This document shows positions 9,691 through 19,605 of a stretch of DNA of 64,000 nucleotides, piece by piece; the first letter of the stretch is position 1, and each line of letters starts with the position of its first letter. Origin of the DNA: Bacteroidales bacterium (lineage in GTDB: Bacteria; Bacteroidota; Bacteroidia; Bacteroidales; UBA7960); contig JAAYLH010000067.1 in assembly GCA_012521995.1 (NCBI GenBank), forward strand, positions 16,478 through 80,477, in the 5' to 3' direction. A program made the translations under genes and the position numbers. The notes beneath the pieces were generated by a model. That model was given only the letters and a program-made list of their open reading frames with translations, had not been told where the DNA came from and did no database searches.

Positions 9691-12600
9691 ATGAAGAAAA
9701 GTTTTACTGTTTATTTAATTTTTCTGACAATAAGTATGGGTACTTATGCTCAGATGAGACAAAAAGAATCAATTACCCCCACGGATAACCGGGAACAGCT
9801 CTTAAAAGAAAGAACCCATTTGGGTGAGCGGCTAGGAGTGAGAGACAGGAACCTTCCTGCAGATGCTGCCCGTTTGCAAAAAGACGAAGTTTATGGATAC
9901 GGTTGGGTAACCCAATCCATGTTTTTCCCTACAGGTTCTGTGCGCATCAGTTTTCAGAATGGTGAGGTTACTTATCTTGCCGAAGTTGATGCATCAGAAA
10001 TAAAGATGGCAGGAGGCGACTTTGCCGATGGGACCTGGTATGCTGTTTCATTTGATGAGTTCAATTCGGGCTTATACACCATTGATACAATTAGCGGTGC
10101 TTACTCGCTAATCGGGTCCACTGGGGAGTACCTCTCAGGGCTGGCATATCACCTATCTGACCGGGTAATGTACGCTTCAGGTTTGGAAGGCGGGAACAGC
10201 TTCCTTTATACAGTCGATCTGGCAAGTGGTGAAGCCACACTGGTTGGTGAGATATGCAGCGGCAAAATTGTCGGGATTGCAGCTGATGCTCTGGGAAACC
10301 TCTATGGCATTAATGAGGACGATAACATGTTGTATGCTATCGACCGCCTCACAGGAGAAGGTATAAGCATCGGGAACCTTGGCATTGAAATAATGTTTGG
10401 ACAAGATATTGGTTTTGACAGGGATAACAACACATTATACGGCCATCTCTATGGACCAACCGCGCATAACCCCAATCATTTTGAAGGTGCCCTCTACCAG
10501 ATAAACACCCAAACTGGGCAGGTGAGTCTTGTCTGGTATAATAATTTTGAGATATCCTGCTTCGCCATTCCATATACTGCACCCCTTGCAGATGTGCCCT
10601 CGGCAGTAACTTCAGCGGTGATAACGGCTGATGACCAGGGAGCCTTGCAGGCTGTGCTTTCCTGGACAAACCCTTCGGAGACATACGGAGGCCAACCGCT
10701 GAACGATTTTTCCTCTGTAGTAATTGAGCGCCAGGGGGAGGTGGTGCAAACCATAGAAAACCCTGTTGCAGGTGAACAGGTTGTTTTTACAGACCAGGTT
10801 CCTGAGGAAGGAGTCTATGAATACATGATTTATGCGGTAAATTCTGCTGGTACATCCCCCAAAAGGCCCTTAATCACCTGGGTTGGTCATGATGTGCCTT
10901 CCGCACCCAATAATGTAAGCCTTGCCGCTTCGGAAAACGAGGGTCATATTAGCTGGGATCATCCCTCAACCGGTCTTCATGGAGGCTATTTCACAACAAC
11001 AGGTCTGACCTATACGATCTTCCGTTATCCGGGTGAGGTGACTGTTGCAGAAAACATTACTGATTCAGAATTTTTTGATAATACTGTTCCAGGCATGGGA
11101 ATCTATCAATACAGGGTAACAGCCTCCAATCACGTCGGGCAGGGCGGCTCAGAACTTACAGAATACGAGCTTTTGCAGGCAAGTGATGAGGTACTGTTTT
11201 TTGACAATTTCAGTTATACCCCGGGGCAATTACCTGTGGGCTGGAGCATCATGGGTGAACCTTCAGAGAACTGGACGGTAGAAATGGATAATGGTGCTGG
11301 TGGTGAAATCCCTGAGCTGTGGTTTAACTGGCAACCCAATTTTGATGGGGTAAGCAGGATAATGTCGCCCTATATAGACATTATGGGCAATACAAATCTA
11401 CGGCTGGTATTCAGACAAATGCTGGTAAACTATCCCATCGGGTCTACTGAATTAATAGGCGTAGATATTACAACCGATGGTGGTACTTCCTGGATTGCAT
11501 TATGGGAGAATACCATTGGATATATAGATCTGGAGGCTGCTGAATATGAACTGGGTTTCAGTATTGACCCGGGTGTTGAAGGGATTAATATTGCTTTTCG
11601 CTTTGAAGGATCTTCAACCAATATAAATCAGTGGAAAATAGATGATGTATTACTCACTCCTGCTCTTGAAAATGACCTTCAGGCAGGAGCCCTTGCCGGT
11701 AGCATAGTCATTGCAAGCGAAGAGCCTAACACATTTACTCTGGAGATTACAAATACTGGCAGTCAAACCCAGACTGATTATACCGTGAAGTTAATGAAAG
11801 AAGATGGCACAATACTTGCCACAACTTCCGGTATCCCTGTTGGCTTTACCGAGACAAAATACCTGGAACTTGAGTGGACTCCTTCCAGCCAGGGTCAGGG
11901 GATCACTTCAATATATGGTTTAGTGGAGTTGGCCGGTGATGAGAACCCGGAGAACAACGAGGGCGAATCCTTACAAGTAATTGTAACCCCCCAGGGTACA
12001 GTGCCCGTTGAGATTGGCAATGAGGAAAATACTTCAGGGATCACACCATTCAGCTTTTATAGTCTTTACAGCCTGGCACAAACTATATATTATCCTGAAG
12101 ATCTTGTTTTGAGCATGGGAACCATTACGGGAATAATATACAAAAGCAAATTTCAGGACCCCGTTGAGGATGTACCTGTAAAGATATGGCTGGGGGAAAC
12201 AAGCCTTGCGGACCTGTCCGATGAATGGACTGAAGCAGGCGATCTGGAGTTGGTATTCGATGGTCTTGTTGACTTTCCGGCCGGAATGGGTAATGTCTAT
12301 ATACCCTTCGATGATAACTACATGTATAGCGGAGGGAACCTTTTGGTATTTACATATAAAGAATATGATCAGGAGGTTTATAACAATAGCTTTTTTACTT
12401 CCTGGGATCCCACAAGGATTCGCTCTAGGTATAATTCCGATTCTGAGCCCCTGGACCCCTATCAGACGCCTGATTATCATGGAGACACCTATGATTACCC
12501 AAATATCCATATGTTATTTTCCGCATCTGGCCAGGGAGCAATAGAAGGAACAGTAAACAGTGAAGGGGAGGCCGTTAATGGGGTAAAGGTCACAATCGCC

Positions 12601-14127
12601 GGAACCAACGTTGAAACCTTTACCGGAAACGATGGTTCATTTGTATTTCCTTATGTGAACTCAGGCAATCTCACCCTTGAATTTTCGAAACATGGATATA
12701 TAGATCATAGTACAGAAGTGGTGGTAGAAGAAGGTTCAACAACCAGCCTAGTTGTCACCCTGGATAAGATTGCTGTCGTAACAGTAAACGGAAAACTAAC
12801 AGGGAATGATAACCCGGGGCAGGGCATTTCCAATACAACCATAAAATTGGAAGGATATGATAATTATTCTGTTCAGACCGATGACCAAGGCAATTTTAGC
12901 TTCGGGGATGTATATATCGACAGAAGCTATACCCTGGATATCCTGCTGATTGGATACTACAGATACACTGAAAATATTGAAGTTGGCAGCCAAAACCTGG
13001 ACCTTGGCACAATTGAGCTGGAAAGGATAGCAAACCCAGTAGGCGAAGTACAGGCAACTGAGACTCTCCAGGGTGCTATGATAAACTGGCAGCAACCTGT
13101 TGAACCACAGGAAATGATTTCGCAGCATGATGGAGTTCCTGAGGAGTTTTTCTATAATTACCAGTGGGGGTTCAGAGTCTATGGTACTGTTTTCGACCTG
13201 GAAGATTATCCTGATGCAAAGATCAGCTTTATTGACTTTTATCACCTTTCCTGGGAAATGCCAGAAGATAATTATCCCTACCTGGTACATATTGTTGACT
13301 GGAATAATTTCGAGATACTTACCACGGTGGGACCTCTTAACACCCAGGTAACTGACAACTGGGAAGAACAGGTTGAACTTGGCCATTACGATGTTGGAGG
13401 TTATGATAAGATAGGTATTTTAATTCAGCCCCAGGGCAATGGGGAGGCCAATGCCTATCCCAATATTGCCACCGATTGCCAGGGCACAAACGGGCTTTCG
13501 GTAAATGCCATGGTAGACAATTTACAAGACTATAATATAAATTCTGATAACATGGGGGATTTCCTTATTAACCTATGGGTAACAAGCAACTATGGCAGTA
13601 AACAGCTGATAAAAGCATCTGGGTATAAACAGGAGGCAGAGGCAAAACAAAGCCACGCGAAAGACCTGACAAATTACAGGGTTTTTCGCCTTGCGGAAGG
13701 TCAGGAAGAAGAGACAGAAAGCTGGACAGCGTTAGAAACAAATGTTACAGATACCCTTTATCTTGATTCAGATTGGCTAAGCCTGCCCGAGGGTTCCTGG
13801 AAGTATGCCGTAATGGCAGAGTATTCGCATCAGTACCTGTCGGGGCCGAAGTTTTCCAATACACTGTATAAGCCGTTATCTGCTGTTGAACCAGAGGCTT
13901 CTTACTTTAGGATATTTCCAAATCCAGCAACTCAGGGCTTTAGCATTCACAGTCCGGAGCAAATGATCAGGATAAGTATGATTGACCTCACCGGCAGGAT
14001 GGTTTATTCAACGAACTTGCAGTCGGATCAGCATGAGATAAATACAGACGGTTTTCAACCAGGACTTTATCTTTTACGAATCCAGACCAAAAAAGGGATA
14101 AAGCATACAAGCGTACAAGTGATGTAG
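9691..14127 (+). CDS. Large multidomain secreted or cell-surface protein with a T9SS type-A C-terminal sorting domain
   Basis: The ATG at 9691 gives the signal peptide MKKSFTVYLIFLTISMGTYAQ. Domains that follow are a propeller-like region, Fn3-like repeats, a CARDB-like segment (TFTLEITNTGSQTQTDYTVKL), two carboxypeptidase-regulatory-like domains (GTVNSEGEAVNGVKVTIAG...GSFVFPYV), and the C-terminal FRIFPNPATQGFSI...GLYLLRIQT sorting domain. Confidence 0.8.
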   Translation: MKKSFTVYLIFLTISMGTYAQMRQKESITPTDNREQLLKERTHLGERLGVRDRNLPADAARLQKDEVYGYGWVTQSMFFPTGSVRISFQNGEVTYLAEVDASEIKMAGGDFADGTWYAVSFDEFNSGLYTIDTISGAYSLIGSTGEYLSGLAYHLSDRVMYASGLEGGNSFLYTVDLASGEATLVGEICSGKIVGIAADALGNLYGINEDDNMLYAIDRLTGEGISIGNLGIEIMFGQDIGFDRDNNTLYGHLYGPTAHNPNHFEGALYQINTQTGQVSLVWYNNFEISCFAIPYTAPLADVPSAVTSAVITADDQGALQAVLSWTNPSETYGGQPLNDFSSVVIERQGEVVQTIENPVAGEQVVFTDQVPEEGVYEYMIYAVNSAGTSPKRPLITWVGHDVPSAPNNVSLAASENEGHISWDHPSTGLHGGYFTTTGLTYTIFRYPGEVTVAENITDSEFFDNTVPGMGIYQYRVTASNHVGQGGSELTEYELLQASDEVLFFDNFSYTPGQLPVGWSIMGEPSENWTVEMDNGAGGEIPELWFNWQPNFDGVSRIMSPYIDIMGNTNLRLVFRQMLVNYPIGSTELIGVDITTDGGTSWIALWENTIGYIDLEAAEYELGFSIDPGVEGINIAFRFEGSSTNINQWKIDDVLLTPALENDLQAGALAGSIVIASEEPNTFTLEITNTGSQTQTDYTVKLMKEDGTILATTSGIPVGFTETKYLELEWTPSSQGQGITSIYGLVELAGDENPENNEGESLQVIVTPQGTVPVEIGNEENTSGITPFSFYSLYSLAQTIYYPEDLVLSMGTITGIIYKSKFQDPVEDVPVKIWLGETSLADLSDEWTEAGDLELVFDGLVDFPAGMGNVYIPFDDNYMYSGGNLLVFTYKEYDQEVYNNSFFTSWDPTRIRSRYNSDSEPLDPYQTPDYHGDTYDYPNIHMLFSASGQGAIEGTVNSEGEAVNGVKVTIAGTNVETFTGNDGSFVFPYVNSGNLTLEFSKHGYIDHSTEVVVEEGSTTSLVVTLDKIAVVTVNGKLTGNDNPGQGISNTTIKLEGYDNYSVQTDDQGNFSFGDVYIDRSYTLDILLIGYYRYTENIEVGSQNLDLGTIELERIANPVGEVQATETLQGAMINWQQPVEPQEMISQHDGVPEEFFYNYQWGFRVYGTVFDLEDYPDAKISFIDFYHLSWEMPEDNYPYLVHIVDWNNFEILTTVGPLNTQVTDNWEEQVELGHYDVGGYDKIGILIQPQGNGEANAYPNIATDCQGTNGLSVNAMVDNLQDYNINSDNMGDFLINLWVTSNYGSKQLIKASGYKQEAEAKQSHAKDLTNYRVFRLAEGQEEETESWTALETNVTDTLYLDSDWLSLPEGSWKYAVMAEYSHQYLSGPKFSNTLYKPLSAVEPEASYFRIFPNPATQGFSIHSPEQMIRISMIDLTGRMVYSTNLQSDQHEINTDGFQPGLYLLRIQTKKGIKHTSVQVM

Positions 14128-14387
14128 GTGTTTGAACTGCCCATTCTTTGGGAATACAAAGTTTCCAGAGTTTTTGAAGGAGGGTTGCACGGATGGGAAA
14201 AAGAAATTTCTAAAATCCTGTGCGACTCTCCTTCTTGTTTTCCGGGAGCCTCTGGGAAATTTGCCAAAATCAAAAGCGCAACGAGGCCTGAATGGAACAA
14301 GAAAAAAGAAAAGATGAATATTGCCAACAAACGGTCAACGTTGTTTAGGCATTAACCAAGCTTGAACCGTGAACCAGTAACCCTGAA

Positions 14388-15731
14388 TCAATTCTCCAAT
14401 TCTTCCCCCAGGAGCGTTGCAGCGGTGCAGGAATTTATCCTGACCTTAACATAATCTCCGGGCTTGTACCCCTTGTCGGGGAAGACCACGACCTTGTTGT
14501 GGCTGCTGCGTCCTGAGACATGGGCGGAGGAGCGCTTGGAAAGCCCCTCGACAAGTACCTCGACGGTGGTTCCCACATCTGCTTTATTGCTTTTGAGCGA
14601 AAGCCTCTGCTGCAACTTAATGATCTCCTGAAGGCGGCGGGTCTTTTCTTCTTCGGGGATATCGTCTTTGTATTTTTTGGCGGCAAGGGTGCCTTCGCGT
14701 TCTGAGTATTTGAACATAAAAGCAAAATCAAAGCCAGCCCACTCCATCATATCAAGGGTATCCTGGTGTTCTTCGGGGGTCTCGCCACAGAAGCCCGCAA
14801 TGATGTCGGTGGAGATGGCGCAGCCAGGAAGTGTTTGACGAATGGCCTCAATGCGATCCATATATTCTTCGCGGGTGTATTTGCGGTTCATCCGTTTGAG
14901 CACGCTTGTGCTGCCCGACTGCATGGGCAGGTGAATGGCGCGGCAGATGTTGGGGTTGCGTGAGATGACCTGCAGCAAGGCATCCGACATATCCTTGGGA
15001 TGAGAGGTGGCAAACCTGATGCGCAGCAAGGGGCTTACGCCAGCCACCATTTCCAATAGCTCGGGGAAGCCCGTGGCCTTGCCCATTTCTTCGCCTTCCC
15101 AGAAGTAGGAATTCACATTCTGACCCAGCAGGCTTATTTCGCGATAGCCTGCCTCAAAAAGTTGGCGGGCTTCAGAGACGATGGTACGGGGGTCGCGGCT
15201 GCGTTCCTTTCCGCGGGTGAAGGGCACCACGCAATAAGAACAGAAGTTTTGGCAGCCCCGCATAATGGAAATGAATGCAGTAACCCCATTAGAGGCATAG
15301 CGCACGGGGGTGATGTCGGCATAGGTCTCCTCGGACGAGAGGATGATGTTGATGGCCTTGTGACCACTTTCGGCATCGGGCATCAGCTGGGGGAGGTCGC
15401 GGTAGGCATCGGGGCCTACCACCATATCGACCCGCATACCCAGTTCATTTTCTTCCAGCAGGGCGTCTTTCAGCCTTTCGGCCATACAACCCAGCACCCC
15501 AATGATCAGGCCCGGTTTTTCCCTTCGCAGAGGCTGCAGTTGTTTCAGGCGATTGAGCACTTTCTGCTCGGCATTGTCGCGAATAGAGCAGGTGTTGAGG
15601 AAGATCACATCGGCTTCCTTGTGGTTGTCGGTGGTGGAATACTGATGATCAGTCATGACCGAAGCCACGATCTCGCTGTCGGAGAAATTCATCTGGCAGC
15701 CGTAGGTCTCGATATATAGTTTCTTGCTCAC
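14388..15731 (-). CDS. miaB: tRNA-2-methylthio-N6-dimethylallyladenosine synthase (radical SAM)
   Basis: The translation has YIETYGCQMNFSDSE, the radical-SAM cluster motif CQNFCSYC, and a TRAM-like C-terminus. Confidence 0.9.
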   Translation of the reverse strand: MSKKLYIETYGCQMNFSDSEIVASVMTDHQYSTTDNHKEADVIFLNTCSIRDNAEQKVLNRLKQLQPLRREKPGLIIGVLGCMAERLKDALLEENELGMRVDMVVGPDAYRDLPQLMPDAESGHKAINIILSSEETYADITPVRYASNGVTAFISIMRGCQNFCSYCVVPFTRGKERSRDPRTIVSEARQLFEAGYREISLLGQNVNSYFWEGEEMGKATGFPELLEMVAGVSPLLRIRFATSHPKDMSDALLQVISRNPNICRAIHLPMQSGSTSVLKRMNRKYTREEYMDRIEAIRQTLPGCAISTDIIAGFCGETPEEHQDTLDMMEWAGFDFAFMFKYSEREGTLAAKKYKDDIPEEEKTRRLQEIIKLQQRLSLKSNKADVGTTVEVLVEGLSKRSSAHVSGRSSHNKVVVFPDKGYKPGDYVKVRINSCTAATLLGEELEN

Positions 15732-15913
15732 TTTCTGATTTTCAATTAAATAAGCCGTAAAGACTATTTGATAAGGATGGCAAAATTACTCAAAAAACAG
15801 CTAAATTTTGATAAAAAGACTGGATCGCTGGTGCTCATACTGATGGAAATTCTTTTCTTTGCAATTTTTTCGACGCTCAAAATACTAAAGGGCTCCATTG
15901 AACCTTTATAATA

Positions 15914-15962
15914 CATAAACCCTTATAGTAACGCCAGATCGCCCGCCCAGCAAGGGTTTATG
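15914..15962. other. Perfect 11-bp inverted repeat with a 27-nt spacer in the miaB/topA divergent gap
   Basis: CATAAACCCTT (15914..15924) and AAGGGTTTATG (15952..15962). Confidence 0.7.
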
Positions 15963-16028
15963 AGCGGAGGAGCAAAAGCCGTAATTCAGATTTCAACACC
16001 TCTTTTGTAATATTTATATTTGTTTTAT

Positions 16029-16036
16029 TACTTTTG
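16029..16036 (+). promoter_or_regulatory. Candidate -7 promoter box for topA. A second box, TATATTTG, is at 16015..16022.
   Basis: TACTTTTG lies 20 nt upstream of the topA ATG at 16056. Confidence 0.35.
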
Positions 16037-16055
16037 GACGCGAAAAACCAAAGCT

Positions 16056-18398
16056 ATGATAAAAAACCTGGTCATTGTTGAGTCGCCTGCCAAGGCCAAA
16101 ACCATTGAAGGATTTCTGGGGCAAGACTTCAAGGTGAAGTCCAGTTTCGGCCATGTGCGCGATCTCCCACCCAACAGCCTTGGGATAGAGGTAGAGAAGA
16201 ATTTTACACCATTATATGAGGTGCCCTCCGACAAGAAGTCGCTGCTTGCCGAGTTGAAGAAGCAGGCAGACCAGGCCGAGACGGTATGGCTGGCAACGGA
16301 TGAGGACCGCGAGGGGGAAGCCATCTCCTGGCACCTGGCGGAAAGTCTGAAATTAGATGAGGATCGTTACAAGCGCATTGTTTTTCACGAGATCACCAAG
16401 AAAGCCATCCTGGCTGCCATAGATACGCCCCGCAAGATTGACCAGCACCTGGTCAATGCCCAGCAGGCCCGCAGGGTGCTGGATCGCCTTGTGGGTTTTG
16501 AGCTGTCGCCCTTATTGTGGCGCAAGGTGAAGCCTGCCCTTTCGGCAGGGCGGGTACAGTCGGTTGCAGTAAGGCTTATCGTGGAGCGCGAAAAGGAGAT
16601 TCAGGCGTTTAAGACGAATGCCACTTTTAAGGTCGCTGCCTTGTTTGACGTGGAGCACAAGGGGCAGATGATAAAAGTAAAGGCCGACCTTCCCAAGCGA
16701 TTCAACACCAGGAAGGAAGCCATGGTTTTCCTGGAGGAATGTGTAAATGCCACTTTTACAGTTAAGCAGATTGAAACCAAGCCTGCCAAAAAATCGCCTG
16801 CTGCGCCCTTTACCACTTCCACACTGCAGCAGGAAGCCAGCCGCAAGCTGAACTTTTCGGTGGCCCGCACTATGTCTGTAGCCCAGAAACTATACGAGTC
16901 GGGGAAGATCACATATATGCGTACCGACTCGGTGAACCTTTCGGGCACTGCCATTGGAATGGCCAAGGAAGTCATTGAAAAAAACTTCGGGGCTGAATAC
17001 ATTAAGGTAAGGCAGTATGCTACCAAGACAAAAGGAGCACAGGAGGCCCACGAAGCCATTCGCCCCGTGTATATGAACGTCATGCAAGCCGGTGCTGATA
17101 ATTCAGAACAGCGCCTGTATGAGCTGATCTGGAAACGCACTTTAGCTTCACAAATGGCAGATGCCTTGCTGGAAAAGACCAACATCACCATCGGCATTTC
17201 CACAAACAAGGAAAACCTGATTGCAACGGGTGAAGTACTGAAGTTCGACGGTTTCCTGAAGGTTTACCTGGAATCGACCGACGATGAGGATGAAGAAGCC
17301 ACTGAAGGTATCCTCCCTCCCATGAAGGTAGGGCAACAACTTCCGCTGCTGGAAATGAATGCCACCGAACGTTTCACCAAATCTCCGCCGCGCTATACCG
17401 AAGCCAGCCTTGTAAAGAAACTGGAAGAACTTGGCATTGGGCGCCCTTCGACCTATGCCCCCACAATCAGCACCATTCAGAAAAGAGAATACGTAGTGAA
17501 GGAGAACCGCGATGGAGCGCAGCGTCATTACGATTATTTGCTGCTGAAAAATGGCAAGATCACGGAAAGCAGAAAAACTGAGGTGTTCGGGCAGGAAAAA
17601 AACAAACTCTTTCCAACCGATATCGGCACGGTGGTCAACAACTTCCTGCTGGAGTACTTCCAGGATATCCTGAATTATAACTTCACGGCCAATGTTGAGA
17701 AGGAGTTTGATGCGGTTGCAAGCGGCCAAAAGGAATGGAACCATGTGATTAAGGATTTTTACTGGCCTTTCCACAAGCAAGTGGAGCTAACGCTGAAGAC
17801 CTCGGAGAAATTCAGTGGGGAGCGACTGCTGGGCACAGATCCCAAGACAGGCAGGAAGGTTTATGCCAAGATCGGCCGCTTTGGACCCATGATCCAGATC
17901 GGCGATGCCGAGGAGGAAGACAAGCCCCTGTTTTCGAGCATGCGTAAAGAACAGGGACTGGAGACGATCACCCTGGATGAGGCCCTGGAGCTGTTTAAAC
18001 TGCCCCGCACCGTCGGGACTTATGAAGGTAAGGAGATGGTGGCCTCGGCTGGCCGCTTCGGACCCTATATCCGCCACGACGGGCAGTTCTTCTCCATTCC
18101 TAAGGGAGAGGATCCCCTGACCATTGAAGAACAGCGTGCCATTGAGGTGATTGAAGAAAAACGAGAGAAGGACAGGCAGAAGGTGATCAAGGAATTTCCG
18201 GAAAATCCCGATGTGAAGATCCTGAATGGTCGCTGGGGTGCATACCTGGCCTCAGGGGGGAACAATTACAAGCTTCCGAAAACCAAAAAGCCTGAAGAAT
18301 TTTCGCTGGAAGATTGCTTAAAAATCATTCAGGAGGGAACCTCAACCAAAAAAAACCGTACAACCAAAAAAACCACCCTCCGAAAGAAGGGGAAATAG
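16056..18398 (+). CDS. topA: DNA topoisomerase I (type IA)
   Basis: The TOPRIM N-terminus is MIKNLVIVESPAKAKTIEGFLG. DEDREGEAI and the active-site block ITYMRTDS are present, and the C-terminal tail is basic. Confidence 0.92.
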   Translation: MIKNLVIVESPAKAKTIEGFLGQDFKVKSSFGHVRDLPPNSLGIEVEKNFTPLYEVPSDKKSLLAELKKQADQAETVWLATDEDREGEAISWHLAESLKLDEDRYKRIVFHEITKKAILAAIDTPRKIDQHLVNAQQARRVLDRLVGFELSPLLWRKVKPALSAGRVQSVAVRLIVEREKEIQAFKTNATFKVAALFDVEHKGQMIKVKADLPKRFNTRKEAMVFLEECVNATFTVKQIETKPAKKSPAAPFTTSTLQQEASRKLNFSVARTMSVAQKLYESGKITYMRTDSVNLSGTAIGMAKEVIEKNFGAEYIKVRQYATKTKGAQEAHEAIRPVYMNVMQAGADNSEQRLYELIWKRTLASQMADALLEKTNITIGISTNKENLIATGEVLKFDGFLKVYLESTDDEDEEATEGILPPMKVGQQLPLLEMNATERFTKSPPRYTEASLVKKLEELGIGRPSTYAPTISTIQKREYVVKENRDGAQRHYDYLLLKNGKITESRKTEVFGQEKNKLFPTDIGTVVNNFLLEYFQDILNYNFTANVEKEFDAVASGQKEWNHVIKDFYWPFHKQVELTLKTSEKFSGERLLGTDPKTGRKVYAKIGRFGPMIQIGDAEEEDKPLFSSMRKEQGLETITLDEALELFKLPRTVGTYEGKEMVASAGRFGPYIRHDGQFFSIPKGEDPLTIEEQRAIEVIEEKREKDRQKVIKEFPENPDVKILNGRWGAYLASGGNNYKLPKTKKPEEFSLEDCLKIIQEGTSTKKNRTTKKTTLRKKGK

Positions 18399-18417
18399 GA
18401 AGTGATTTTTGGCACGT

Positions 18418-19605
18418 ATGGAAATCGTTGATTTTTTTGAGCCTCTTGATCTAAAGAAGCTGCATGGCAGCACCAAGACTCATCCGCTGGCCCTGGGCCG
18501 CATCATAAACAGTTATACGCCAGAGAGCGGGTTTCCCGAGCTGCAAGGCGTTGACATAGCCATCATCGGGGTAAAAGAAGACCGCAATAGTCTGAACAAT
18601 GAGGGCTGTGGATTGGCACCCGACTATGTCAGGAAGTACCTGTACCAGTTATTCCAGGGGCCTTTTAAGGTAAGGATTGCCGACCTTGGGAATATCAGGG
18701 CAGGCGACCAGGTGAACGACACCTATTTTGCCGTAAAGACCACTATAGCTGAACTGATCAGAAATAAGATCATACCTGTTATCATTGGTGGAAGCCAGGA
18801 TTTGACCTATGCCAATTACATGGCTTATGAAGACCTGGGTCAGATTATCAATATTGTGTCGGTCGATTCGACTTTTGATCTTGGCCTTGGACGCAATGAA
18901 GAGATCAATCACAGAAATTACTTAAGTACCATATTAACCCATCAGCCCAATTACCTGTTCAATTACACCAACCTGGGCTATCAGACCTACCTGGTGGATC
19001 AGGATGCCATAGAGTTGATGGAGAAGTTGTATTTTGACATCTACCGTTTGGGGGTGGTAAGGAAAGACCTTGAAGAGGTGGAGCCCGTAGTCAGGAGTGC
19101 AGACATGATTTCCTTCGACATTTCGAGCATTCGACAGTCGGACGCGCCGGGCAATGTCAATGTATCTCCCAATGGTTTTTACGGGGAAGAAGCCTGCCAG
19201 ATCATCAGGTACGCGGGGCTAAGCGATAAACTGTCCTCCATCGGGTTTTACGAGATCAACCCGGCCTTTGACCAGGGTGAGCAAACCGCCCACCTGGTAG
19301 CCCAAATGATATGGTATTTCTTTGACGGGTTTTATCAGCGCAAGAACGATATGCCCGACCGTCAGCGCAAAGACTCAGGAGAATACATAAAATATGTGGT
19401 TTCACTGAAGGAATTTAAGAACGAAATCATTTTCTATAAAAGTAAGAAAAGCGATCGTTGGTGGATGGAAGTGCCCTGCCCTGTGGGATTGCAGTTGAAA
19501 TACGAGCGGCAATTCCTGGTGCCCTGCTCTTATCGCGAATACCAGGCAGCCTGCCAGGACGATATTCCCGAGAAGTGGTTGCAGGTGTATCAAAAATTCC
19601 TATAG
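18418..19605 (+). CDS. Arginase/formimidoylglutamase-fold protein with degenerate metal-binding motifs
   Basis: Overall ureohydrolase-family layout. The three motifs read GGSQD (expected GGDHS), DSTFD (expected DAHxD) and SFDISSIRQSDAP (expected SxDxDxxDP). Confidence 0.6.
   Translation: MEIVDFFEPLDLKKLHGSTKTHPLALGRIINSYTPESGFPELQGVDIAIIGVKEDRNSLNNEGCGLAPDYVRKYLYQLFQGPFKVRIADLGNIRAGDQVNDTYFAVKTTIAELIRNKIIPVIIGGSQDLTYANYMAYEDLGQIINIVSVDSTFDLGLGRNEEINHRNYLSTILTHQPNYLFNYTNLGYQTYLVDQDAIELMEKLYFDIYRLGVVRKDLEEVEPVVRSADMISFDISSIRQSDAPGNVNVSPNGFYGEEACQIIRYAGLSDKLSSIGFYEINPAFDQGEQTAHLVAQMIWYFFDGFYQRKNDMPDRQRKDSGEYIKYVVSLKEFKNEIIFYKSKKSDRWWMEVPCPVGLQLKYERQFLVPCSYREYQAACQDDIPEKWLQVYQKFL

Noticed and set aside
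14170-14200. A further degenerate copy of the 41841 element, suggested by the shared AAGGAGGGT 9-mer followed by ACGGATGG
   Set aside because: This is a single 9-mer match with no 11-bp phasing, which is compatible with chance in a 64-kb window.
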